Of a DNA stretch of 64,000 nucleotides, positions 1 through 13,437 are shown piece after piece. Location of the stretch: contig DLQD01000152.1 in assembly GCA_002480015.1 (NCBI GenBank), positions 7,517 to 71,516 of the forward strand, written 5' to 3'. The notes below the pieces were generated by a model that did not search any database, had not been told where the DNA came from, and was given only the letters and a program-made list of their open reading frames with translations. The first letter of the stretch is position 1; each line of letters opens with the position of its first letter. A program made the translations under genes and the position numbers. Source of the DNA: Opitutia bacterium UBA7441. GTDB taxonomy: Bacteria; Verrucomicrobiota; Verrucomicrobiia; Opitutales; Coraliomargaritaceae.

Positions 1-899
1 AAAACGGCGTAGAGGGTGCTGTTTATTATGACTTGGAGACGCGTAGCTGGAGGAGGAATTATGATGATAGTTTGCGCCTAGTGGTTGATACGATCACAAC
101 AGATACCTTGGGTAATATGGACGTCTTTGGATGGGTGGTCACTCGCGAGGGTGGAGCCATTGATTTCAATTCAAAAGGTGGGACGTTTAAATACAATTCA
201 TTCTTTGATCTGGATCGTGGTATTGCAACGACAGACCGGGTGACCGATGATTTTTATGGATCGTTTGAGCCTATTGTGGCTCCCGACAACCTCGGCAATG
301 TTTCCAGGACCTCTCCCGTTTTTGTCGCTGCAGAAGGAGGGGGTAATGATGTGAAGACTGCCACTATGGACGGTACGAGCAATTACATTTTTTCAGGTGA
401 AGACGAAGTGCTTTCCGTCGCAAATGGGGATGCCCTGAATATCACGGGTGACGTGATTATTGTGGTCGATAACGAAGGCACTATTAACATTAAGGGAGAC
501 CTTAACATTCAGCCCGGTGCCAGTTTAAAAATCTATACCGATGGCGACTTTATTGTGACGGGTGTTGTGAATAATAGTAACGTTGCAGAGAATTTTCAAT
601 TATATGGGATGAATACGACGGAAAATGAGCAGTTATTCAAGCTGCACGGCAACAGCCGCATGACCGCTTTCATCTATGCCCCTAGGGCGAGTGGAGAATT
701 GAAAGGTGGGGGTAATGAGGGTGAGTTTGAAGGTGCGATCTTGATGGATGAGATCAAGATTACGGGCAATTATTTCTTCTTGTGCGACGCGGCGCTGGGG
801 GCCGTCGACGGGCTGATTAATGTAGGTGGGAACCATATAGTGAATGAATGGCTTGAATTGGATGACCGCACTGCCCAGACAGCGAAGTATTCAATGTAG
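1..899 (+). CDS. Partial (5'-truncated) hypothetical protein with a Gly/Asn-rich beta-solenoid C-terminal domain, similar in style to PilX-like/adhesin-type proteins
   Basis: Frame is open from the window edge (NGVEGAVYYDLETR...). Repeated 'G-x-I-x-I-x-G' strands and 'FIYAPRASGELKGGGNEGEFEGAI'. Confidence 0.6.
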   Translation, partial: NGVEGAVYYDLETRSWRRNYDDSLRLVVDTITTDTLGNMDVFGWVVTREGGAIDFNSKGGTFKYNSFFDLDRGIATTDRVTDDFYGSFEPIVAPDNLGNVSRTSPVFVAAEGGGNDVKTATMDGTSNYIFSGEDEVLSVANGDALNITGDVIIVVDNEGTINIKGDLNIQPGASLKIYTDGDFIVTGVVNNSNVAENFQLYGMNTTENEQLFKLHGNSRMTAFIYAPRASGELKGGGNEGEFEGAILMDEIKITGNYFFLCDAALGAVDGLINVGGNHIVNEWLELDDRTAQTAKYSM

Positions 900-959
900 G
901 CCGCATTCACCCGACAATTGTTTTGCCGTCTTTCATGAGCTTATCGCTGATTGCGGATT

Positions 960-2030
960 TTAACGGTAAAACCCGCCACCGAGTAGCTGTTCGCCATCAT
1001 AGAGCGCGAGTATTTGCCCTGGAGACAGCGCGCGTTGCGGCTCGTCGAAAAGCACTTTGGCTCTGTCTTTGCCTAGCGGGATATAGGAGATATCTTGCGA
1101 TGGATCACGGTAACGCGGCTTAGCTAGAAGCCGAGCGGGTTGGCGAATCGGTTGGTTCAGAAAGCTCAGGCCGAAGAGTTCGACCTCGGATGTGAAGAGT
1201 CCGGGTGAGTCGGGGTGGTCAAAAGCCACGATCAGTTCGTTGCGCTCCATGTCGAGCCCCGTCACCACGTAGAATTCGTTGTCGGTGTTCGAGGGCACAC
1301 CGATGCCCCGCCGTTGCCCGGTGGTGTAGCGGTGCAGGCCGCGGTGGCGTCCGAGCACTTTCCCGTCCGAATTGACGATGTCCCCCGGTTTGTCCATGAT
1401 GTAATGCTCAAGAAAACGGTTGATGTTCATGTCGCCGAGAAAGCAGATGCCCTGGCTATCTTTCTTCGTGGCGTTGGGTAGTTTTTGCTCGAGTGCGATT
1501 TCGCGAACCCGTGGTTTGTTCAGCTCGCCCACGGGGAAAAGGGCGCGACGTATCTGTTCCTGCTGCAGGAGGGCAAGGAAGTAGGTCTGGTCTTTGTTTT
1601 TATCGAGGCCTTCCAGTAGGTTATGTGAGCCGTCGGGCCCTATGCATTTGCGTACATAATGTCCCGTGGCGATGCCGTCGAAGCCAGCCTTTCGCGCATA
1701 CTCTTGAAAGATTCCGAATTTCATCTCCCGGTTACACATCATATCCGGGTTTGGGGTGATACCATGCTTGTAGCCGTCGACGAGGTAGTGGACCACGTGT
1801 TCACGGTATTCATTGACTAGATTAACGATCTCGTAGTCGATCCCGAGGTGGGTAGCCACGGCGCGTGAGTCATCGATGTCCTGCTGCGCGGGGCAGTCTG
1901 CGAGTGGCATTTCCTCATTCATCCATGTACGGATATAGGCGCCTGATACATCGAAGCCTTGCTCTTTGAGGAGCCAAGCAGCCACGGCGCTATCGACGCC
2001 GCCTGATAGAGCCACGAGAATTTTATGCAT
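960..2030 (-). CDS. mnmA: tRNA-specific 2-thiouridylase MnmA
   Basis: SGGVDS PP-loop, [32 protein letters not shown]. Start placed at MHKILVAL (ATG 2030). Confidence 0.97.
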   Translation of the reverse strand: MHKILVALSGGVDSAVAAWLLKEQGFDVSGAYIRTWMNEEMPLADCPAQQDIDDSRAVATHLGIDYEIVNLVNEYREHVVHYLVDGYKHGITPNPDMMCNREMKFGIFQEYARKAGFDGIATGHYVRKCIGPDGSHNLLEGLDKNKDQTYFLALLQQEQIRRALFPVGELNKPRVREIALEQKLPNATKKDSQGICFLGDMNINRFLEHYIMDKPGDIVNSDGKVLGRHRGLHRYTTGQRRGIGVPSNTDNEFYVVTGLDMERNELIVAFDHPDSPGLFTSEVELFGLSFLNQPIRQPARLLAKPRYRDPSQDISYIPLGKDRAKVLFDEPQRALSPGQILALYDGEQLLGGGFYR

Positions 2031-2148
2031 GTAAGGCAAATTAAGTGTAGCCAATGACCCACGTCAACCCAGCGCACGGCTAGATTTTGACGATTCCCGA
2101 GGAATGGGTATTGCGATTGCTCAGTATCGCTGCAGAAAGATATTCGTG

Positions 2149-4578
2149 ATGTCAAAAAAGACTAATCAGATCGCACATGCATTCTGGGAATCAAGAGATG
2201 CCGGACTGATCATACTGTCTCATAACTGGCCGAGCACGACGACCTTGCCACCCCTCTTACTGGGTCCCTCCGAGAAACCCTTTTCAAAACTTGAGCGGCT
2301 TTCACCTGAGGATTGTGGACGCTATTGCCGCTACTACCGCTTGAAAAACAGCTGGGTTTTTGCGATCGGATCCAAGCGCTATCCGCAACTGCTTGATCGT
2401 AAGGTTCGTGTCTATCTGGGCGGCGACTTTAATGGCTGGGGTAAAGCGGTGGGCCAAGCGCAATGGGAACTCAAGCCGGTTGGCGACGATGCCGAGACGA
2501 CTTACGAACTGCACGTGCCCCTCAAACTGATTCCGGATACGGGCAAAGTCGCTTTCAAATTTGTAACCAATCAGGGCGAATGGCTCGACGTGCCCGACAG
2601 CGCACCCAACCGGATCGAGCGCAATGGGGTGGCTAACTTCCGGTTTGATGCTCAGCGCACTGGTAGTCACATTTTTCGTTTCCACACGCCGATCGGTTAC
2701 GAACCTGTCGGCAATGAGAAAATCATCTGGCGCGACGCCAAAGTCGAAGAATTACACGAGCTACCTCATACGCAGTTCCTGACATCCGCTAAGACCGATC
2801 TGGAGCTGGGTGCTATCGTCGTTGGCGAATCGACGACCTTCCGTTTATTCGCGCCGCGAGCGACGGCGGTTAAAGTCTGTTACGGCCAAAAACCCGATGG
2901 CTCCGACGCGATTACCTTGAACATGCGTTGCCTCGAGGGGTGCACCTGGGAGCTCTTGTTGGATCAGAATCTCGATGGGTATTATTATACGTATCGGATC
3001 GAGGGTTCGAATTCAGAGGGCACTACCCACTTCGACAGTTCTTTTGCCGTGCTCGATCCCTATGCCAAAGCCTGCTTAGGGCGACGAGGCCCTGGCATTG
3101 TCGTCGCCTCGGAGCGAATGCCCAAAATTGCGCACAGTTTTGTGCCGCCGGCTTGGCATGATATGGTCATTCTTGAAGCTCATGTGCGTGATCTTGCTGC
3201 GCATGCGCCGATCGAGCTTACCGCGCAAGAGCGTAGCGGCTATGCCGGTCTGCGCAAATGGCTCAAAGCCGAAGGTTCCTACTTGAAAGAGATTGGAGTT
3301 AACGCGGTCGAGCTGCAACCGATCCAGGAGTTCGATAACGATACGCCCGAAGACTACCACTGGGGCTACATGACGGTGAACTACTTCTCGCCGGAGAGTA
3401 GTTATGCGGCGAAGCCCGAAAAGGCCTCGCAAATCGAGGAGTTCCGGGGGCTCGTCAGTGATTTCCATGAGCAGAACATGGCGGTGATCATCGATGTGGT
3501 CTATAACCACGTGGGGGAGCCGAACCATCTGCTGTTTATCGACAAGTTCTATTATTTCCACCTCGATAAAGCGAACGATTTAATCAATTGGAGCGGTTGC
3601 GGGAATGATCTGCGCTGTGACACGCCGATGGGACGCCGCTTGATCATTGACAGTCTCAAGCACCTTGTGGAGACCTACGACGTGGACGGTTTTCGCTTCG
3701 ACTTGGCGGAATTGATCGGCATCGAAGTGCTCCGCGAAATTGAAGTGGAGCTCAAGAAGGTTAAGCCCGCGATCATACTCATCGCCGAGCCCTGGAGCTT
3801 TCGTGGGCACATTCAAGACGAGCTGCAAGAGACGGGCTACGCCTCTTGGAACGATGGTTTTCGTGATTGTATTGCCAAATATGTAAAGGGAGAGGGCAAT
3901 CAGGATATGATCCGTCACTTCGTGGCTGGTTCGCCTAGTTCGACGCGCTTCGCTGCGCAGACCATCAACTATACAGAATCGCACGACGACCACTGTTGGC
4001 TCGACCGCATCACCGAGCGGCCCAAGCACAATGGCTCGGATCCTACCCTTTTAGATCGCCGGCGGACGCACCTAATGGCCTCGCTGCTTTTCAGCTCGCT
4101 CGGCGTCCCCATGCTGGCGGAGGGGCAGGACTTCCTGCGCTCCAAGCGCGGCATCTCCAACACGTATCAGCGCGGCGACGTCAACGCGCTGGATTACAAT
4201 CGCCGTTTTGTGTATTGCGGCACCCACGGTTATTTTCGTGATTGGATACGCTTCCGCCTTTCCGCGATGGGGAAAGCTTTCCGCTACGATGGTGGTTTGA
4301 CCGAAGGTTACATGCAGTTCTTCTTTGCCGAAGGTTCCAGTGCGGCGGTGGTGCTGTTTAATGCCGATCGCTCTGTCGATGCAACTCAACTCGTGTATGC
4401 TATCAACCCTCACTTCGAATATGCTGGTATTGAGTGCGCGGATTTGAAGCCCGACAGGTTGAAACAGATCGCAGACCAGGAGCGCTTTTGTTGTGAGGGT
4501 ATTGGCTCCGCTCGTATCCCTGTGAGCGAAACGCATATCAATCTCCCGCCTCTTACCTGCGGCCTCTGGGTGGTCTGA
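2149..4578 (+). CDS. GH13 pullulanase/glycogen-debranching enzyme with N-terminal CBM48-like domains
   Basis: YHWGY, DVVYNH, DGFRFD (nucleophile), AEPW (acid/base), ESHDD. No signal peptide. Start placed at MSKKTNQ. Confidence 0.88.
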   Translation: MSKKTNQIAHAFWESRDAGLIILSHNWPSTTTLPPLLLGPSEKPFSKLERLSPEDCGRYCRYYRLKNSWVFAIGSKRYPQLLDRKVRVYLGGDFNGWGKAVGQAQWELKPVGDDAETTYELHVPLKLIPDTGKVAFKFVTNQGEWLDVPDSAPNRIERNGVANFRFDAQRTGSHIFRFHTPIGYEPVGNEKIIWRDAKVEELHELPHTQFLTSAKTDLELGAIVVGESTTFRLFAPRATAVKVCYGQKPDGSDAITLNMRCLEGCTWELLLDQNLDGYYYTYRIEGSNSEGTTHFDSSFAVLDPYAKACLGRRGPGIVVASERMPKIAHSFVPPAWHDMVILEAHVRDLAAHAPIELTAQERSGYAGLRKWLKAEGSYLKEIGVNAVELQPIQEFDNDTPEDYHWGYMTVNYFSPESSYAAKPEKASQIEEFRGLVSDFHEQNMAVIIDVVYNHVGEPNHLLFIDKFYYFHLDKANDLINWSGCGNDLRCDTPMGRRLIIDSLKHLVETYDVDGFRFDLAELIGIEVLREIEVELKKVKPAIILIAEPWSFRGHIQDELQETGYASWNDGFRDCIAKYVKGEGNQDMIRHFVAGSPSSTRFAAQTINYTESHDDHCWLDRITERPKHNGSDPTLLDRRRTHLMASLLFSSLGVPMLAEGQDFLRSKRGISNTYQRGDVNALDYNRRFVYCGTHGYFRDWIRFRLSAMGKAFRYDGGLTEGYMQFFFAEGSSAAVVLFNADRSVDATQLVYAINPHFEYAGIECADLKPDRLKQIADQERFCCEGIGSARIPVSETHINLPPLTCGLWVV

Positions 4579-4638
4579 CTTTGAGTCCGCCGGTTTTGTT
4601 GCGTCATCTTGGGGTCGGCATCCTGTTGAGTAGTCAGT

Positions 4639-4671
4639 AAAAAAGGCAAGGCCGCTCGGCCTTGCCTTTTT
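4639..4671. terminator. Bidirectional intrinsic terminator
   Basis: AAAAAAGGCAAGGCC-GCTC-GGCCTTGCCTTTTT between convergent genes. Confidence 0.85.
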
Positions 4672-4709
4672 AAAATCTAAAATCAACCTTCTAGCTAAAC
4701 GCAGTTGCT

Positions 4710-5813
4710 TTAGTGTGCGAACTGATACTGCTTGGCCGCGGCACGGGTGACTTCCACCCACTCGTCCCAGGTTTCCTTGAGCGAGGCGCGGAGCTGCTTG
4801 ATTTCTTGTTGGATGTGGGCTTTTTGCTCGGCTGTGGCCTGCTTCAGCTCTCTCGCCTTGGCCATGAGCGCGGCTGCCTTCTCTTCGAAGGCGGCGGATA
4901 GCTCCTCCAGCTTCATTTTTAGCTCGGTGGCATACTCATCCATTTCATCGCTGATATGATCAAGGATCATTTTTTTATCTTTGGAGACTAGGGATTTCTG
5001 GACGATGACTTCGTTGATAACGCGGAGTCCTTTAACCATTCCGAGTTTAGCTGCCAGCCAGATTGTCCACTTGGAGGGGTCGAAATGATACCAGCGGATG
5101 CCGTTCCGGTAGTCCGCCGCGAAAGCATGGTGATAGTTGTGGTAACCCTCGCCGAAGGTGAGCACGGCCATGATGGCGTTGTCGACTGCGCTGAGCTCAC
5201 GGGCGTAGGTTTTTGAGCCGTAAGTGTGGCAAAGTGAGTTTATAAACCAAGTGCAGTGGTGGATCATCGCCATGCGGACGAGAAAGCCCATGTAGAAGGA
5301 AGCGAGCGCGCTCCCGGTAATGGCCCATCCCAGAAAAAATACGGCAATGTTTACCCCCAGTAGGAAGAGGCCGTAGTATTTGTCCTGCAACATTACGCGT
5401 GGATTTTTCATCAAGTCCGCCACGAGGCTTTTATCAAAATCACGCTTGTAGTCGAACAACCAGAGGATGTGGGCATACCAGAAGCCCTTTTCGATCGAGT
5501 AGGGGTCCTTCTCCGTATCCACATGATTGTGGTGGATGCGGTGATCGTGCGACCATTTGAGCGCCGACATTTCAAAAGCCAGTGCGGAACTCAGGAGCAC
5601 GCACCATTCGAAAAAAGGATTCGCACTGTAAGCCTTGTGTGCGTAGAGACGGTGGTAGCCAACGGTGATCGACATCCCACCCATGATATAAGTCACCAGG
5701 AAAAACGCGACCGCTGTCCAGGAGAAAACGCTGATAAAGGCCGGCAAGAGCACTACCAGTGCAATATGGTAGGCGACGACGAAGGCAAACATGTCCCAAT
5801 TTTTAATTTTCAT
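4710..5813 (-). CDS. Acyl-CoA (delta-9-type) fatty acid desaturase with C-terminal coiled coil
   Basis: Three His boxes (HRLYAH, HDHRIHH, HNYHH), TFGEGYHNYHH and TM helices. Confidence 0.93.
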   Translation of the reverse strand: MKIKNWDMFAFVVAYHIALVVLLPAFISVFSWTAVAFFLVTYIMGGMSITVGYHRLYAHKAYSANPFFEWCVLLSSALAFEMSALKWSHDHRIHHNHVDTEKDPYSIEKGFWYAHILWLFDYKRDFDKSLVADLMKNPRVMLQDKYYGLFLLGVNIAVFFLGWAITGSALASFYMGFLVRMAMIHHCTWFINSLCHTYGSKTYARELSAVDNAIMAVLTFGEGYHNYHHAFAADYRNGIRWYHFDPSKWTIWLAAKLGMVKGLRVINEVIVQKSLVSKDKKMILDHISDEMDEYATELKMKLEELSAAFEEKAAALMAKARELKQATAEQKAHIQQEIKQLRASLKETWDEWVEVTRAAAKQYQFAH

Positions 5814-6175
5814 ATCAGTATAATAAGTTTTGAGGCTATGTGGGTAGAGTAATGTGTGAGCGGCAAATCCGCCAAGCGCCGCTTGTGGGCTGTCTAGTTA
5901 CAAGTCCCGCATTCATTCACATGGTCAGTCGATTAACTGAATGGTTGTGAAGTAGTTTGTGGCAATGACTTCATTCAAACCTCTAATGTCAAGGTCATTC
6001 GAACCGAGAAACTAAATGAGAAGGGGTTAATTGATTAATAAAACTTATGTTTTTACTTTTCAGAATTAGATAAATTGTCTAGTAATTTTTAATTTCCTTG
6101 AACACTTGGAATAACTCTTGCCATGGCATTCTGCCTGTCTAGTAGTGCCTGCTCCTTAATTTCATCTTAACCTGA

Positions 6176-7219
<1,044 letters not shown>

Positions 7220-7250
7220 CCCGTAGCTCAGTAACAACTGATTGATTTTC

Positions 7251-7302
7251 AGGCCGCCGCTGCAGTCCTCCATCTGGATAATCTGCGGGCGGCGGCCTTT
7301 TT
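7251..7302 (+). terminator. Hairpin plus U-tract between gap and pgk (attenuating terminator or mRNA-stabilising stem)
   Basis: AGGCCGCCGC...GCGGCGGCCTTTTT. Confidence 0.6.
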
Positions 7303-7313
7303 ATCACTTTATT

Positions 7314-8507
7314 ATGGCCATAAAAACAATCAAAGACGTCAATCTCGCCGGTAAGCGTGTCTTCGTTCGCTGCGACTTCAATGTGCCGCTCACGGACGGT
7401 ATGATTTCCGACGATTCTCGTATCGTCGCCGCCTTGCCTACCATTCAGCATCTCGTCGGACAAGGTGCCCGCGTGATTCTTGCTTCTCACCTCGGTCGCC
7501 CTAAGGGTGAGAGGAATGCCAAATATAGCCTCGCGCCGGTCGCAGAGGACCTCGCCACCAAGCTCGGCCAGCCGGTAACTTTCATCGAAGATTGCATCGG
7601 TGCCGAAGTCGAAGCCGAAGTCGCCAAGATGGGTGATGGCGATATCGTCCTCTTGGAGAACGTACGCTTCTACGCTGGCGAGGAAAAGAACGACTCAGAG
7701 TTTGCCGCTGCGCTGGCCAAACTCGCGGACGCTTTTGTCAACGATGCCTTTGGCACGGCACACCGTGCGCACGCCTCTACGGCTGGCGTCGCGGCGCATC
7801 TTTCTCCCAATGTCTGCGGCTTCCTTATCGAGAAGGAGCTTGCCTATCTCGGTGATAAGACCGCTAACCCGGAGCGCCCTTTCACCGTCATTCTTGGGGG
7901 TGCCAAGGTTTCCGATAAGATTAAAGTCATCGACGCGCTGCTCGAAAAAGCCGACACCATTATCATCGGTGGCGCCATGGCGTATACCTTTGCGTTGGCT
8001 GAAGGCCGCACGGTCGGCGAGTCCTTGAGTGAGCCTGATTTCATTGCCACTGCCAAGGCGGCACTTCAAAAAGCGCAGGAGAAGGGTGTCAAATTCCTCC
8101 TCCCTGTCGATAACCTTGCAGTCAAGGATCTCGACTTCGGAGCAGGCACCGTAGGTGAAGCGCAATTCTTCGAAGGTAACATTCCTGACGGTTGGGAAGG
8201 CGTGGATATTGGCCCCAAGAGCATTGAACTTTTCAAAGCTGAAGTGGCCACGGCCAAGACGGTTCTCTGGAATGGCCCTATGGGTATCTTCGAGATCGAT
8301 GCCTGCAATCAGGGCACCTTTGCTGTGGCTAAGACCATCGCCGAATCCGAAGGTATTTCCATTATCGGCGGGGGTGACTCGGTCAAGGCGATCAAGATGT
8401 CAGGTTACAGTGACAAGGTCACCTTCATGAGCACTGGCGGAGGCGCTTCCCTTGAATTCCTCGAGGGCAAAGACCTTCCCGGTGTCGCCGCGCTCGACCA
8501 GATCTAG
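7314..8507 (+). CDS. pgk: Phosphoglycerate kinase
   Basis: RCDFNVP, ASHLGRP, NDAFGTAHR, GGAKVSDK, STGGGASLE. Start placed at MAIKTIK. Confidence 0.99.
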   Translation: MAIKTIKDVNLAGKRVFVRCDFNVPLTDGMISDDSRIVAALPTIQHLVGQGARVILASHLGRPKGERNAKYSLAPVAEDLATKLGQPVTFIEDCIGAEVEAEVAKMGDGDIVLLENVRFYAGEEKNDSEFAAALAKLADAFVNDAFGTAHRAHASTAGVAAHLSPNVCGFLIEKELAYLGDKTANPERPFTVILGGAKVSDKIKVIDALLEKADTIIIGGAMAYTFALAEGRTVGESLSEPDFIATAKAALQKAQEKGVKFLLPVDNLAVKDLDFGAGTVGEAQFFEGNIPDGWEGVDIGPKSIELFKAEVATAKTVLWNGPMGIFEIDACNQGTFAVAKTIAESEGISIIGGGDSVKAIKMSGYSDKVTFMSTGGGASLEFLEGKDLPGVAALDQI

Positions 8508-8541
8508 ATAATCAATCATTCATCATCAGTCATTTATAATT

Positions 8542-9321
8542 ATGAGCAAATCCGCACGCAAATACCTTATCGCAGGTAACTGGAAAATGAACCTCAACTC
8601 GGCCGAAGGCGCTGAGTTGGCCGAAAGTGTTATCAGCATGGTGGGCACCCAGACCGATGTTTCCGTCTGTGTCTGTCCGACCTTCACCGCTCTCGAAGCC
8701 GTCTCCAAGGTGGTGAACGAGTCGAACGTCAACCTCGGCGCTCAGAACATGCACTTCGAGGCCTCCGGCGCCTACACGGGCGAGATCTCTGCAGAGATGC
8801 TTCGTCACCTCTTCTGCAACTTCGTGATCCTTGGGCACTCCGAGCGACGTGAATACTTCGGCGAGACGGATGCGCTCGTGAACAAGAAGACCCTCGCCGC
8901 GCTCGCCGCTAACCTCAAACCAATCGTCTGCATCGGTGAGACCTTGGACGAGCGTGAAGCGGGTCAGGTCAACGAGGTCATCAAGACCCAACTCGAAGGT
9001 GCTCTCGTCGGCGTCAGCGCCAACGCAGCCGACGCTCTTGTGATTGCCTACGAGCCGGTCTGGGCGATTGGTACTGGCAAGACAGCCACGCCAGAAATGG
9101 CCGAAGAAGTGCACGCAGAGATCCGCTGTCTCCTCGCCGGCCTCATCGGCGAAGACGCGGCCGAGAAAGTCCGTATTCTCTACGGCGGCTCTATGAAGCC
9201 CGGCAACGCGCCCGAGCTGCTCGCACAAAAGAACATCGACGGCGGCCTCATCGGCGGTGCTGCGCTCAAAGCGGTCGACTTCGCCGGTATTGTCGAAGCC
9301 GCGCAGAAGCTCGCTCAGTAA
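8542..9321 (+). CDS. tpiA: Triosephosphate isomerase
   Basis: AGNWKMN, GHSERR, AYEPVWAIGTG, LYGGS. Confidence 0.99.
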   Translation: MSKSARKYLIAGNWKMNLNSAEGAELAESVISMVGTQTDVSVCVCPTFTALEAVSKVVNESNVNLGAQNMHFEASGAYTGEISAEMLRHLFCNFVILGHSERREYFGETDALVNKKTLAALAANLKPIVCIGETLDEREAGQVNEVIKTQLEGALVGVSANAADALVIAYEPVWAIGTGKTATPEMAEEVHAEIRCLLAGLIGEDAAEKVRILYGGSMKPGNAPELLAQKNIDGGLIGGAALKAVDFAGIVEAAQKLAQ

Positions 9322-9345
9322 AACGCGTAGCGTTATTTTTGCGTC

Positions 9346-9375
9346 AAAGCCGGAAGGGGAACCTTCCGGCTTTTT
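9346..9375 (+). terminator. Intrinsic terminator of gap-pgk-tpiA
   Basis: AAAGCCGGAAGG-GGAA-CCTTCCGGCTTTTT. Confidence 0.85.
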
Positions 9376-9427
9376 CGGTTTTGGCTGCTTCAGCTGCCAT
9401 ATCGCACCCTGGAGACGCGACGACTTG

Positions 9428-9450
9428 ATGGCGACTGGAGTCGCCACTAC
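9428..9450 (-). repeat. GTAG-type REP-like palindrome
   Basis: Minus strand reads GTAG-TGGCGAC-TCCA-GTCGCCA. Confidence 0.6.
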
Positions 9451-9588
9451 GGTTCACCGCCGAAACTTAGCGGGGAAATTCAGAGCGTCATTTGATTTTA
9501 GGCTCGACAAAAGCCCCATTAGTGCCCATTAATCAAAGGTTTATGCCGCTTCGAGCGGCCTTACCAATCGAAGACACACACTCATACA

Positions 9589-10923
<1,335 letters not shown>

Positions 10924-10942
10924 TCCGCGGTAAACTCTTTTC

Positions 10943-10973
10943 AAAAGCCCCGCTAATTTAGGCGGGGCTTGTT
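10943..10973 (+). terminator. Probable intrinsic terminator
   Basis: AAGCCCCGC-TAATTTAG-GCGGGGCTT-GTT. Confidence 0.65.
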
Positions 10974-13352
10974 GTGATCACCCTTCGCACATTCTACCTC
11001 TTACTTCTCGCTGCCTTTCTGGTGCAGCCAGCCATGTCCGTGCCCGATCATCGGGCACAGACATGGAAGCCGCAGCGAATGGTCGGGTCGGCGCAACTTA
11101 CGATGCGTCAGATTGCTTACGTTATACGACCGGAGTCTGGTTCAAGTGTTTTGGATGCTGCGATCGAAGATTTTTTAAACCTGATGGAGGCGCGCTACGG
11201 AGCGAAGCCCTTGATCGTGACGACCGGTGTGTGCAAGAATGCACTCCAATTTAAGATGGTAGCGGATCGCCGCGAGCGCGGTGCATTTACTATACTCAGA
11301 GCGCGCACGCGTCTAATTATTCAAGCGGCCGATGCGGAGGGTTGGAGTAACGGGCTCTATGCCATTATGCAGGAGCAGATGGGGGCGCGCTGGTATTGGG
11401 CAGGTGCGCTTGGTTTTGATTGGGTTGAGCCCTCGCGGCGATACCTGCCGAATCGTCCGTGGAGAGAGGAACCGACCTTCGTTCAGCGGCGCTTGCATCC
11501 CACAGATTCAGACTTCGCTCGACGGAACCGTCTAAACACCGCCTATTCCTTTAATCATAATTTGGCCAAGGTCTTTACGCTCGATCTTTTCAGCACACAG
11601 CCCGAGGTTTTTTCAGAACTGCGGGGGCGCCGCAGGCCTCCACGCGGCAGCGGTGCGACCGATCCGCAACCCGATTTTACCGAGCCGAAAGCTGTCGAGG
11701 TCGCCTCAAGGGCGGCACTGGACCACTTCAACGCCCACCCGGAGAGCACCAGCTACTCATTGTCGATCAATGACAACATACTTTTTGATACGAGCGAACG
11801 CACCAAAGCGGCCGTCAGTCCGATACGCTATTTTCGCGGCCGTCCTAACTATACGGATCTGGTGTTTACGTTTATGAACCAGGTGGCTGAACGCGTTTTC
11901 GATCAGGCGGGTGCTTGGCAGACTCCAGCGGGCGAAGATCGCTATTTGACGGCGCTGGCCTACTATTGGACAGAGCCTTCGCCGAGCGTTCCATTGCACC
12001 CGCGGGTGATGCCGGTGCTTACTTCCGATCGTGCGCAGTGGCACGATCCCAGCTACCGCGCAGAAGATAAAGCGCTCATCCGCGCATGGGCCGCTTCGGG
12101 TGCCGAACGATTGGCGACTTGGGATTACTACTTCGGCGCACCCTACATCTATCCTAGGCAGTTTAATCAGTGGATCGCAGAGAGCTTGCAGTATTTGGCC
12201 GCTTCCGGAGTGGACGTCTTTTTCTCTCAGTTACCTTCCTTCTGGGGCTTGGATGGTGCTAAAGCATGGCTTGCGGCTGAGCTCTTGTGGGATGCGGAAC
12301 AGGATGCCGAGCAATTGCTGACAGAATATTACGATACTTTTTTCGGCGCTGCATCGTTGCCGATGCGACATTTCTATGAGATCGCCGAAGCGCACCGTAA
12401 CGTGCACGAGGGCACCGCGGAATGGATCAAGCTCTACAAGGATGAGTCTGGGGTCGCCTTGTTTACGCCTGAGGTGCTGGAGCAGATGCGGACGCGTCTG
12501 GACCAAAGCTTAGCTCTGCTTGCTGACGATACTCAGCGACAGGCTCGGGTCGAAGTTGTTTCCGAGGCTTTTTATCTGACAGAGCTCTATGCAGAATACG
12601 ATCGTTCTCGTCGTGAACTAGTTGATCTTTGTTTGAGTGCTCTCAAAACGCCGCGTGAGGTTATTGAGTCCCAACTACAAGCTTTCCGGAAAGCTCGTGA
12701 AGCCTATCGAGATTATATGGAGACCTATTTGACCAATTCCGACTACGCGCCAGACCGACGACATGTTGATCGGAGGCAGTCGAATCCCGAAGCCTTGGCT
12801 TTGGCTGTCCTGCAAGAGACCTCTGCCGATGCATTCGAATCGCTTTGCGAAGATCCTGGCTTGACGCATCTAACATATGCCCAGCGTGACTTTCTGAGTC
12901 CTCGGATGCCGAATGTAAATGGTTGGTATCTGGACTATCGGCCAAGTGAAGACTTCAGAGTCATCGCAAGTGAATGGGGTGGAGGCGCGGCCGGCTTGCG
13001 TATTGAGCAGGCTGACATTCTCTCCGTTTTCAGAACCTTTCCCATCCGCTCGGAGCAGACTTACGAATTAAGGATTCGGGCGGCATGGAAGATCAGTCTT
13101 GATAATCGTGTGCATGTGCACGTCAATTGGCTGGATATGGAGGGTCGCAGCTTGAGTGCGGAGGTTCCGCTGCGTCTTCCCTACGGCGTGCGCGGCCGGC
13201 CCGTCGATATTCGCCTACCGCTAACAGCACCCGCCGAAGCCAACGATGTGCGCATACGGGTGGTGGTTTCTCGTCAGTATTCAGGAGATTACCTCGATAT
13301 CAGCGAACTCGATTTCGGCTCGGTGAATGAGAGCATGTTGCCAGTGAAGTAA
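10974..13352 (+). CDS. Secreted DUF4838-like protein (glycoside hydrolase-like fold, C-terminal carbohydrate-binding-like domain)
   Basis: Signal peptide, 'QPDFTEP', 'SLSIND', 'ALAYY', 'LLWD..DAEQLLTEYY..FFG'. Confidence 0.65.
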   Translation: MITLRTFYLLLLAAFLVQPAMSVPDHRAQTWKPQRMVGSAQLTMRQIAYVIRPESGSSVLDAAIEDFLNLMEARYGAKPLIVTTGVCKNALQFKMVADRRERGAFTILRARTRLIIQAADAEGWSNGLYAIMQEQMGARWYWAGALGFDWVEPSRRYLPNRPWREEPTFVQRRLHPTDSDFARRNRLNTAYSFNHNLAKVFTLDLFSTQPEVFSELRGRRRPPRGSGATDPQPDFTEPKAVEVASRAALDHFNAHPESTSYSLSINDNILFDTSERTKAAVSPIRYFRGRPNYTDLVFTFMNQVAERVFDQAGAWQTPAGEDRYLTALAYYWTEPSPSVPLHPRVMPVLTSDRAQWHDPSYRAEDKALIRAWAASGAERLATWDYYFGAPYIYPRQFNQWIAESLQYLAASGVDVFFSQLPSFWGLDGAKAWLAAELLWDAEQDAEQLLTEYYDTFFGAASLPMRHFYEIAEAHRNVHEGTAEWIKLYKDESGVALFTPEVLEQMRTRLDQSLALLADDTQRQARVEVVSEAFYLTELYAEYDRSRRELVDLCLSALKTPREVIESQLQAFRKAREAYRDYMETYLTNSDYAPDRRHVDRRQSNPEALALAVLQETSADAFESLCEDPGLTHLTYAQRDFLSPRMPNVNGWYLDYRPSEDFRVIASEWGGGAAGLRIEQADILSVFRTFPIRSEQTYELRIRAAWKISLDNRVHVHVNWLDMEGRSLSAEVPLRLPYGVRGRPVDIRLPLTAPAEANDVRIRVVVSRQYSGDYLDISELDFGSVNESMLPVK

Positions 13353-13437
13353 CCTTACGTTTGATTGCTCCCTGGGTTTTTCCCTTGCGGCAGTGTAATT
13401 TTCGGCTTGTTTCTCGGTTTCCTCTATTTCGAAGATT

